From: Candidatus Saccharibacteria bacterium oral taxon 488
GTDB lineage: Bacteria; Patescibacteriota; Saccharimonadia; Saccharimonadales; Saccharimonadaceae
Length of the DNA stretch: 32,000 nt
NCBI GenBank assembly: GCA_010202845.1
Contig: CP047921.1
Coordinates: forward strand, 570,001 to 602,000
Direction: 5' to 3'
Part shown: positions 18,340 through 25,650 of the stretch, in pieces
Position numbering within the stretch: position 1 is the stretch's first letter
Layout: every line of letters begins with the position of its first letter
Notes under the pieces: generated by a model
The model's database searches: none
What the model was told of the DNA's origin: nothing
The model's input: the letters and a program-made list of their open reading frames with translations, nothing else
Program-made: the position numbers and the translations under genes

Positions 18340-18788
18340 ACGATCTCATCCAGTTGCGCATTACGCCGATTATACCGCGGGGCATCCGCGTATGCAGTAT
18401 TGAGCCACGTTTCAACAATGCCCTTCCAGGCAGCTTCGTTATCCTCGAGGACCCTAGCCGGCAGGCATAATACATTCGAATTATTGTCACGCCGCGTCAT
18501 CCTCGCCTCATGTGCATCCCAAATAACACTGGCGCGGATCCCCTTAAAACGATTCGCCGCCATACACATACCCTGACCGCCGCCGCAAATTAAAATTGCC
18601 CGTGGATCATCCTCGCCATCACCAATCACTCGCAGCGCTGCCGCTGCCGCAAACTGTGGAAAGTCGTCATCAGGATTAAGCTCACGACCACCGACATCCT
18701 CGACTGCATAGCCACTTTTCGCCAAATACGCAAATACTTTTTCTTTCAGCGCAAACCCGCGATGATCTGAACCAAGATAAATCTTCAT
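18336..18788 (-). CDS. rpiB: ribose-5-phosphate isomerase B
   Basis: The track ORF starts at TTG 18827. I prefer ATG 18788, which gives the canonical N-terminus MKIYLGSDHRGF. It has the RpiB/LacAB core ILICGGGQGMCMAANR. Confidence 0.85.
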   Translation of the reverse strand: MKIYLGSDHRGFALKEKVFAYLAKSGYAVEDVGGRELNPDDDFPQFAAAAALRVIGDGEDDPRAILICGGGQGMCMAANRFKGIRASVIWDAHEARMTRRDNNSNVLCLPARVLEDNEAAWKGIVETWLNTAYADAPRYNRRNAQLDEIV

Positions 18789-18851
18789 GGGTTTAGTATA
18801 AGCGGTTTGGGCGATATTTGCAACCAATCAAGTCCTTGGAAGCTCAACTCA

Positions 18852-19541
18852 TTACGTCGAGCCGCAGCCAGCCAACACCTTACCCATCGCCTCTTTTTCT
18901 GCATTTGTTACCCACAGACGATATTTACGCTTGATCGCCACCTGCCGTTCAATGTACTGACAGCGAAACGGTTTGTTAGGAGGCAGCCAGGTTGCCGCGT
19001 CGCCATCGCCTTTGGCTTGGTTGGCGGGCCCATCAGCGGCCAATAAATTTAGTGGGTCATTCGCTAATTTTTCTCGTTCCTCACGTGGTAGTTGCTGTGC
19101 ACCTTTCTGCCACGCATCACTTAACGCCACCACGTGATCAATTTGTACTTTCGACGAAGTCTCTGGCCCGCGCTGAAACTTGATCGTCCGGCCGGTATAC
19201 GGGTCACGTAGTGTCCCGGCCAACACGCGACATTTATCATCAATTTTTGTTTCCGTTAGATCCCGTGCCAAGATCACTTCACGTACAGAACAACCACCAA
19301 TTTTGCCCCAACCATCACTAAATTGTTTGCGGCTATAGCCCGTTTTGGGTGCGCGACCTTTAACCTCTAGTTTAGCTAACTCCGCCTGGGCGTTTGAGTC
19401 ACCAAACAATTTCCGCTGCATGAACGGCGAAGTCGGTGCAACCCGCGGCTGTTGCAGCTGCACCGCCCACACTACTGCACCCACTACCGCCATGACGAGC
19501 AACACCATTATCTGCCGCCGTCTAATTTTCCTCGTTGTCAT
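18852..19541 (-). CDS. membrane-anchored or secreted HNH/DUF1524 (GmrSD C-terminal-like) nuclease
   Basis: The track ORF starts at GTG 19577. I prefer ATG 19541 (MTTRKIRRRQIMVLLVMAVVGAVVWAV, a signal anchor). Family motifs present are YSRKQFSDGWG..GGCSVREVILARDL, QIDHVVALSDAW and NLLAADGPANQAKGD..ATWLPP..FRCQY. Confidence 0.75.
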   Translation of the reverse strand: MTTRKIRRRQIMVLLVMAVVGAVVWAVQLQQPRVAPTSPFMQRKLFGDSNAQAELAKLEVKGRAPKTGYSRKQFSDGWGKIGGCSVREVILARDLTETKIDDKCRVLAGTLRDPYTGRTIKFQRGPETSSKVQIDHVVALSDAWQKGAQQLPREEREKLANDPLNLLAADGPANQAKGDGDAATWLPPNKPFRCQYIERQVAIKRKYRLWVTNAEKEAMGKVLAGCGST

Positions 19542-19547
19542 ATCTAT

Positions 19548-19555
19548 ATTATAAT
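19548..19555. promoter_or_regulatory. palindromic ATTATAAT giving overlapping TATAAT -10 boxes on both strands, each 6 nt from a divergent ATG (nuclease 19541, pepN 19562)
   Basis: Plus-strand TATAAT at 19550..19555 is followed by gaaagt then ATG. Minus-strand TATAAT at 19553..19548 is followed by atagat then ATG. The whole divergent gap is 20 nt and has no SD. Confidence 0.5.
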
Positions 19556-19561
19556 GAAAGT

Positions 19562-22078
19562 ATGAAAACAGTTCCACGCTTACTTGACAGCTTTATACCA
19601 AATCATTACACACTAACTCTCAATCTGACGCACGCCGAAGAAAAATCGTTTTCTGGCACGGTGGTTATTTCTGGCGAGTCAACCGGTGGGTCAGTTTCGC
19701 TGCACGCCAAAGATTTAACCATTCATACGGCGTTGATTGACGATCAGCCAGCTGAGTTTTCTCACGGTGAATTTGATGAGTTACGCCTATCGTGCCCAGA
19801 ATTATCCAGTGGCCAGCACACCGTTCGTGTTGAGTTTTCTGGCACTATCACCGATGCTATGCACGGACTATATCCGTGCTACTTTACCCACGACGGCGTG
19901 AAAAAGCAATTGTTTGCCACCCAATTTGAATCACACCACGCCCGCGAGGTATTCCCATGCGTTGATGAGCCAGCTGCCAAAGCAACCTATGACGTCACGC
20001 TCGTCACTGCTCCGGAGTTAACCGTCCTTGGTAATATGCCCGTCACTGAATCATCCGAAAAGGATGGCACGCTGATAACAACTTTTGCCACCACGCCACG
20101 AATGAGCAGCTACCTACTTGCCTTTGTTGTCGGCGAATTACATAAGAAAACCGCTCATACCACCTCCGGCGTTGAAGTTAATATTTGGGCCACGCCAGCC
20201 CAGAGCGAGGAGACGCTGGATTTTGCGCTGGACATCGCCACGCGCTCCATTGATTTTTATGATGAATACTTTGGCGTGCCATATCCGCTGCCAAAGTCTG
20301 ACCACGTGGCGCTGCCAGATTTCTCGTCGGGTGCCATGGAAAACTGGGGACTCATCACCTACCGCGAAAGTTGCTTGCTGGCTGACCCAAAATTAACACC
20401 GGAGTCGTCCAAGCGCTTCATCGCCACCGTCATCGCTCACGAACTCAGCCACCAGTGGTTTGGCAATCTAGTGACCATGCAGTGGTGGAACGATTTGTGG
20501 CTAAACGAAAGCTTCGCCAACATGATGGAATATGTAGCGGTCGACGCACTACACCCTGAGTGGCGGATGTGGGAGGATTTTGCGACGAGTGAGGTCACCA
20601 CGGCGCTGCGGCGCGACAGCTTGGATGGTGTGCAACCAGTGCAGGCCGACGTTAATCATCCGGACGAGATCAGCACTTTGTTTGACCCGGCGATTGTCTA
20701 TGCCAAGGGCGGACGGCTATTAGTGATGGTGCGGCGGCTGATCGGCGAGGAGGCGTTTCGCTCTGGGCTGAAGTCATATTTTGAAAAATTTGCTTACCAA
20801 AACACTGTTGGCGATGATTTGTGGCAGGAGCTAGAAACTGCCAGCGGCCAGCCGATTGTTGAATTGATGAACGCCTGGATTTCTCAGCCGGGGTTGCCGA
20901 TTGTGCAAGTCGAACAAGATAATTCGGCTGAGCAACCTACTGTCACGTTAAACCAGGAACGCTTTTTCATCGGTGATCATCAACCGTCCGACGCCTTGTG
21001 GCCAATTCCGCTGTTTGCCAATCAGCCGCTTGATAATATTCTGACCGAGCGCGAGAAAACATTTACGGCAAATGGCGACGTTCGGCTAAACTGCGGACTG
21101 AACGGACATTTCGTAACGCACTACGACTCAGCAACGCGAGATCGATTGATTGAAAAGGCGGCAGAATTACCGACGTTAGATAAAATTTGCTTGTTGCAAG
21201 ACATGACGTTGTTGGCGCGGTCTGGACGAGAAAGTTCGGCGGCGTTACTGCCGCTGGTACGCGTCTTTCAGCACGAAACCAATGAAAGAGTCTTTAATAA
21301 AGCTGGGACAAATTTGGTGGAATTACGCAAATTCGTCGATGACAGTGAAGCAGGACGCGCTCGGCTAAAGCAGATTTCTGTTGAATTTGCCCGCGATACA
21401 TTCATGGAACTTGGCTGGGATGAGCAGGACGGCGAGTCTGATGACGATCGCGAGCGGCGCACGGCAGCGCTAGGTTTGATGTTATACGGCGAGGACTCAG
21501 CAGCGCTCACGGAAGCCAAACGACGCTTTGATGAGACTAACCCAGATGATTTACCAGCTGAAATTCGCCCGCTAATCATCAATGCCAATGTCAGATACTT
21601 CGAGACGCCAGAAATGATTGACAAGCTTTTTACGATATACCAGAATACGCCGTCAGCCGACCTGCAGGTTGATATCGCGCTAAGCTTGACATCGACGAAA
21701 AATCCAGCAACCGCCGAACGAATTTTAACAGCGATCAAGGATGCTGATATTATCCGTCCGCAAGACGCCAGCCGTTGGTTTATTTATCTGATCCGCACGC
21801 GGGAAAACCGGCAAATTGCCTGGAATTGGCTGAAAGAAAATTGGTCGTGGGTGAAAGATACCTTTGGCGGCGATAAAAGCTACGATAATTTTATCCGCTA
21901 CGCCGCCAGCGCTCTGTTGACCCGCGATGAGTTAAACGATTTCACCGAATTTACCGCGCCGCTGCGCGCCGAACCAGCCCTGACGCGTACCATCGACCTG
22001 GGTATCCGCGAAATCGCCGGCAGAGTGGCGCTGATTGAGCGGGATAAGGCAGCGGTTATTGACGCACTTGACGACTAG
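19562..22078 (+). CDS. pepN: M1-family aminopeptidase N
   Basis: The track ORF starts at TTG 19535. I prefer ATG 19562 (MKTVPRLLDSFIPNHY). It has the GAMENWG exopeptidase motif and HELSHQWFGN...WLNESFA (HEXXH-X18-E). Confidence 0.9.
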   Translation: MKTVPRLLDSFIPNHYTLTLNLTHAEEKSFSGTVVISGESTGGSVSLHAKDLTIHTALIDDQPAEFSHGEFDELRLSCPELSSGQHTVRVEFSGTITDAMHGLYPCYFTHDGVKKQLFATQFESHHAREVFPCVDEPAAKATYDVTLVTAPELTVLGNMPVTESSEKDGTLITTFATTPRMSSYLLAFVVGELHKKTAHTTSGVEVNIWATPAQSEETLDFALDIATRSIDFYDEYFGVPYPLPKSDHVALPDFSSGAMENWGLITYRESCLLADPKLTPESSKRFIATVIAHELSHQWFGNLVTMQWWNDLWLNESFANMMEYVAVDALHPEWRMWEDFATSEVTTALRRDSLDGVQPVQADVNHPDEISTLFDPAIVYAKGGRLLVMVRRLIGEEAFRSGLKSYFEKFAYQNTVGDDLWQELETASGQPIVELMNAWISQPGLPIVQVEQDNSAEQPTVTLNQERFFIGDHQPSDALWPIPLFANQPLDNILTEREKTFTANGDVRLNCGLNGHFVTHYDSATRDRLIEKAAELPTLDKICLLQDMTLLARSGRESSAALLPLVRVFQHETNERVFNKAGTNLVELRKFVDDSEAGRARLKQISVEFARDTFMELGWDEQDGESDDDRERRTAALGLMLYGEDSAALTEAKRRFDETNPDDLPAEIRPLIINANVRYFETPEMIDKLFTIYQNTPSADLQVDIALSLTSTKNPATAERILTAIKDADIIRPQDASRWFIYLIRTRENRQIAWNWLKENWSWVKDTFGGDKSYDNFIRYAASALLTRDELNDFTEFTAPLRAEPALTRTIDLGIREIAGRVALIERDKAAVIDALDD

Positions 22079-22114
22079 TTAATCCCGTGTACTTTCATAT
22101 TGCAGGTGACGCAG

Positions 22115-23188
22115 CTAGTCCATAATCACAGATTGCTTACTATTGCTTTCATCAACAGCCACCGCCAGCAGCTGCATGTCGCATCTTTCGTACTGCGGAT
22201 GTTTTGCTATGAATAATTCCGCCGCAAAACGCATTTGTCGCTGTTTTTTGACAGTAATCGCCGCCAGCCCATCGCCAAAGTCATCATTCTTACGGTATTT
22301 GACCTCGGTGAAGTACAGCACATCATCTTTCATGCTAATAATATCAATTTCGCAGTACCGCGTCCGCCAGTTGCGGACGATGATCTCGTGTCCGTCCGCC
22401 ACTAGCTGATCTGCTACTGCTTGCTCACCTGCATTACCAATGTCGCGAGTAGTGGATAGGCGAGCAACGGGTTCGCTATCTCCTCCGACAGAGGCCGTGG
22501 AACATTCGCGAAGAGCGGACGTTTCAGCCGAACGCTCACGAGACATCTCCGGTGGAGATGTGAGTGAAGAGTGTACTCTGGCGGAGGACGGTAGCAAACC
22601 CGCCTCCACATACTTCTGTAGCGGCGCAAAACTCAGTCGATGCAGCGGCGTCACGCCCAACCGCTCAATCGCCGCCTGGTGCTTGGCCACGCCATAGCCA
22701 GCATTTGACGCGAAGCCATACCCTGGATAGACCGCATCTTGCTCGGTCATGTACTGATCACGCGCTACTTTGGCGATGATCGACGCCGCCGACACACTGG
22801 GAATCAAACCGTCGGCCTTGGCCATCACCGTCACGTATCGCTCCAGCGCTGTATCCGCCAGAAAATTAACCGTCCCGTCAATGATAATTTCATCAAATGC
22901 CAAATTTTTCTCTTTACACTGCGCCTGAATTTGCTTGACCGCTCGCCGTGTTGCCAATCTCAGCGCCTGGCTCATGCCAAGATCATCTAGCTCCTTGGCG
23001 CTCACCCAGCCCAGCGCCCACGTAGCCGCTTGTTCGCGAATCGCTCCGTCCAGAGCCTCACGACACTTTTTAGCCAACTTTTTACTATCATCCAAGCCCT
23101 CAATCTCAGCGCCGCCCAAAATCACCGCGCCCACCACCAGCGGCCCCGCCCACGGCCCACGTCCGACCTCATCAATGCCGAGGATCAT
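22115..23188 (-). CDS. rnhB: ribonuclease HII fused to a YraN/UPF0102 (PD-(D/E)xK-like) nuclease domain
   Basis: I prefer ATG 23188 (MILGIDEVGRGPWAGPLVVGAV, the RNase HII DEVGRG motif) over the track start at 23224. An S/T-rich linker spans about residues 200-255 in track numbering. The C-terminus GEQAVADQLVADGHEIIVRNWRTRYCEIDIISMKDDVLYFTEVKYR resembles YraN. Confidence 0.85.
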   Translation of the reverse strand: MILGIDEVGRGPWAGPLVVGAVILGGAEIEGLDDSKKLAKKCREALDGAIREQAATWALGWVSAKELDDLGMSQALRLATRRAVKQIQAQCKEKNLAFDEIIIDGTVNFLADTALERYVTVMAKADGLIPSVSAASIIAKVARDQYMTEQDAVYPGYGFASNAGYGVAKHQAAIERLGVTPLHRLSFAPLQKYVEAGLLPSSARVHSSLTSPPEMSRERSAETSALRECSTASVGGDSEPVARLSTTRDIGNAGEQAVADQLVADGHEIIVRNWRTRYCEIDIISMKDDVLYFTEVKYRKNDDFGDGLAAITVKKQRQMRFAAELFIAKHPQYERCDMQLLAVAVDESNSKQSVIMD

Positions 23189-23681
23189 GTGCGCGTCGAT
23201 CCCCGTTCGCGTCCTTTTTCGCACTCAAATTCATCATCACCCAGCCGATCCACACCGCCGCCGCACCCAGCGTATTTGCCAAAATATCCCAACTAGTATC
23301 GTCCAGCGTAATACGCGCTAGTCCTACCTTAACCATGAATAATTCCGCCAGCTCATTGATACAGCCCAGCGCCGACACCAGCGCAAACACCGAAAACGCC
23401 ATTACCAGCCAGTGCGCCCGCCAGCGCATCGCCAACACTAAATATATCCACAACAGTCCCGTAAACAATCCGCCGCCCACGAAATGCGTGGTAAAACTGG
23501 TGTCTCGCCCCTCAATCAGCGGCGACGGCAAATACCATGAGATGAAAAACAACACACAGGCACAATATAACAACCAGCGATACTTCTTTTCATCAGTAAA
23601 GCCATGATGGCGCAACACATACGGCACCGCAAATGCCAAAGTCACCGGAACGAAAACGGAAATATAATGAAAGATCGACAT
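23172..23681 (-). CDS. polytopic membrane protein, hypothetical (possibly VanZ-like)
   Basis: I prefer ATG 23681 (MSIFHYISVFVPVTLAFAV), because the longer track ORF would run through the rplS terminator and the -10 box. It has 4-5 hydrophobic segments. The family assignment is weak. Confidence 0.6.
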   Translation of the reverse strand: MSIFHYISVFVPVTLAFAVPYVLRHHGFTDEKKYRWLLYCACVLFFISWYLPSPLIEGRDTSFTTHFVGGGLFTGLLWIYLVLAMRWRAHWLVMAFSVFALVSALGCINELAELFMVKVGLARITLDDTSWDILANTLGAAAVWIGWVMMNLSAKKDANGDRRAHDPRH

Positions 23682-23687
23682 ATTGGC

Positions 23688-23696
23688 ATTATACCA
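23688..23696 (-). promoter_or_regulatory. extended -10 (TGgTATAAT) 6 nt upstream of ATG 23681; implies a leaderless transcript for the membrane-protein/rnhB operon
   Basis: The minus strand reads tttttcaTGgTATAATgccaatATG immediately after the rplS terminator. Confidence 0.55.
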
Positions 23697-23698
23697 TG

Positions 23699-23726
23699 AA
23701 AAACCGCCCCCCCAGAGAGGGCGGTC
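23699..23726 (-). terminator. intrinsic terminator of rplS
   Basis: The minus-strand RNA is gACCGCCCucucuggggGGGCGGUUUUUU. It has a 6-8 bp GC stem followed by a run of five U residues, and starts about 18 nt after the rplS stop. Confidence 0.7.
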
Positions 23727-23743
23727 TGTATGTCTCAAATCAA

Positions 23744-24265
23744 TTACGCTTCTTTATGGCGGGCTGCGACCTCGGCAGCCTTGGCGTCAAGTTCTGCCTG
23801 AGCAGCGTCTTTTTCAGCTTGCTTAGCAGCGGCTTCCTTAGCAGCCTCTTCTTTCAGGCGCTCCGCCTCAGCCTCAGCTTTAGCATCGTGCACATTATTG
23901 ACAGCAGCACGGTCAAAGTTCTTGGCGGTCAAGCGAGCTGATTTACCAGAGCGCTTGCGTAGGAAGCTAAGGAACTTGCGGCGAACCTTGGCGCGGCGAA
24001 CAATTTCGACCTTCTCAATCAGCGGACTGTGCAGCAAGAATGATTTTTCCACGCCAACACCTGATGCGATCTTACGAACCGTGATGCGCGAGGTGTGTGA
24101 CTGCTTGTTGTCGGTGCGAATAACCATACCCTCAAACATCTGAATACGCTCTTTGTTACCTTCCTTAATTTTCTGGTACACACGCACGGTGTCACCACTG
24201 CGGACATCAACAACTGCTTGTTTTTTCTGCGCTTGATTGACTTTGTTGATTAGATCAAAACTCAT
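23744..24265 (-). CDS. rplS: 50S ribosomal protein L19 with a ~55-aa A/E/K-rich C-terminal extension
   Basis: The L19 core is DVRSGDTVRVYQKIKEGNKERIQMFEGMVI...RKIASGVGVEKSFLLHSPLIEKVEIVRR. GAGGA lies 8 nt upstream of the ATG. The tail is AKAEAEAERLKEEAAKEAAAKQAEKDAAQAELDAKAAEVAARHKEA. Confidence 0.9.
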   Translation of the reverse strand: MSFDLINKVNQAQKKQAVVDVRSGDTVRVYQKIKEGNKERIQMFEGMVIRTDNKQSHTSRITVRKIASGVGVEKSFLLHSPLIEKVEIVRRAKVRRKFLSFLRKRSGKSARLTAKNFDRAAVNNVHDAKAEAEAERLKEEAAKEAAAKQAEKDAAQAELDAKAAEVAARHKEA

Positions 24266-24428
24266 ACTGTTTTCCTCTGTTTCGGGATCTTAACAGCTGG
24301 CCATATAGTTGTATCCCTATAGCTCCACACTGAAAGACTCGATATTTAATATCACCGATACAATCAGTTACCAATTTTAGCACAATTACCCAAAGATGAC
24401 AACTCCTGAAAACTTCACTAAACTGCGC

Positions 24429-24434
24429 TATAAT
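24429..24434 (+). promoter_or_regulatory. TATAAT -10 box 7 nt upstream of the malic-enzyme ATG (leaderless candidate)
   Basis: The plus strand reads gcgcTATAATtgaccgcATG. There is no SD and no clear -35. Confidence 0.45.
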
Positions 24435-24441
24435 TGACCGC

Positions 24442-25575
24442 ATGGATTACAATACACTAGCACTTGAATTACACAAAAAATATAAGGGTAAAATCACCAC
24501 CAGTTTGCGCGACCGGGAGGAGTTGGATCGCGATAAATTAAGCGCCTATTACAGCCCAGGCGTGGGTGCGGTCAGCCAAGCGATCGCCGAAAATCCAGCA
24601 GACCTACCAAAGTACACCTGGACAAATAATTTGGTCGGCGTGGTTTCTGACGGTTCAGCGATTTTAGGATTAGGCGATTTGGGACCAAAAGCCGCCATGC
24701 CGGTGATGGAAGGCAAGGCGCTACTGTTCAAGCATTTCGCCAATGTCGACGCCGTGCCGGTTGTCTTGGACGTTCACCAGCCAGAAGAAATTATTGCTGT
24801 GATCAAGGCAATCGCACCGAGCTTTGGGGCAATTAATCTCGAAGACATCGCTGCACCAAAATGTTTTGAGATTGAAGAGCACCTGAAAGCTGAGCTGGAC
24901 ATCCCCGTGTTTCATGACGACCAGCACGGTACGGCAGTCGTGGTGTTAGCAGGACTAATCAATGCTGCGAAATTGACCAGACGAAACCTGGCAGCCTGTA
25001 AATTCGTGGTCATTGGCGCAGGCGCAGCTGGTACGGCCATCATCAAACTGCTACATCTATACGGCGCAAGGAACATCGTGGCGGTAGATAGCCGCGGCAT
25101 TGTTGGCTCGTCTCGCACCGATTTGAATGCTGAAAAAACTGCGCTATTAGAATACGTCGACGCTTCGCAAGCTGGCTCAATTGAAGACGCCATCACCGAT
25201 GCTGACGTGTTCATTGGTGTGTCGCGCGCTGGGCTACTTACGCCTGAATTGGTACAAAAAATGGCCGATAATCCAATCATCTTTGCCCTAGCCAATCCAG
25301 TTCCAGAAATCATGCCAGACGTCGCTCGAGAGGCGGGTGTAGCAGTCATTGCCACTGGCCGCAGTGATTTTCCAAACCAAATTAATAATTCCTTGGCCTT
25401 CCCAGGCATCTTCCGCGGCGCCCTGGATCACGGTGTGAAAAAAATCACCGACCAACATAAACTGGCGGCCGCCGAAGCGCTAGCTGGACTAGTCGAAAAC
25501 CCAACTGCTGAGGAAGTCATTCCTTCGCCGTTTGACGAGCGAGTAGCGCCAACCGTCGCTCGTGTTATCACATAA
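24442..25575 (+). CDS. NAD(P)-dependent malic enzyme (short form, no PTA domain)
   Basis: 377 aa with YSPGVGAVSQAI, VVSDGSAILGLGDLGP..AMPVMEGKALLFK and the Rossmann motif VVIGAGAAGTA, typical of prokaryotic malic enzymes. Confidence 0.9.
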   Translation: MDYNTLALELHKKYKGKITTSLRDREELDRDKLSAYYSPGVGAVSQAIAENPADLPKYTWTNNLVGVVSDGSAILGLGDLGPKAAMPVMEGKALLFKHFANVDAVPVVLDVHQPEEIIAVIKAIAPSFGAINLEDIAAPKCFEIEEHLKAELDIPVFHDDQHGTAVVVLAGLINAAKLTRRNLAACKFVVIGAGAAGTAIIKLLHLYGARNIVAVDSRGIVGSSRTDLNAEKTALLEYVDASQAGSIEDAITDADVFIGVSRAGLLTPELVQKMADNPIIFALANPVPEIMPDVAREAGVAVIATGRSDFPNQINNSLAFPGIFRGALDHGVKKITDQHKLAAAEALAGLVENPTAEEVIPSPFDERVAPTVARVIT

Positions 25576-25650
25576 CCCTATTCGCCACATGCTAACGATC
25601 ATAATAGAAGCTGTCGGAGAGCTGGCCTCAGCGCGGCTTTTTGATATCCA

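Noticed and set aside
19495-19565. An apparent 1-nt discrepancy between my reading of the printed sequence and the ORF track near 19500, and similarly at 28141-28201. It could look like a frameshift in the nuclease or membrane genes.
   Set aside because: Three independent track ORFs spanning these points are mutually consistent. The offsets coincide with line breaks, so I treat them as reading or counting artefacts, not biology. I anchored coordinates on the track.
19535-19577. TTG (pepN) and GTG (nuclease) upstream starts that would make the two divergent genes overlap head-to-head by 43 nt.
   Set aside because: Both extensions are Tyr/Asn/Phe-rich AT-tract translations of the shared promoter region. 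In-frame ATGs with TATAAT at 6 nt give canonical N-termini.
23682-23738. A 19-residue extension of the membrane protein (MRHTDRPLWGGGFSWYNAN).
   Set aside because: It would be encoded by the rplS terminator hairpin and the TGgTATAAT box. ATG 23681 begins directly with a hydrophobic helix.
25576-25650. A possible bidirectional terminator between the convergent malic-enzyme and pilB genes (GCTGgcctCAGC ... GGCTTTTT).
   Set aside because: The stems are only 3-4 bp and not adjacent to the T-tract, so they are too weak to call.
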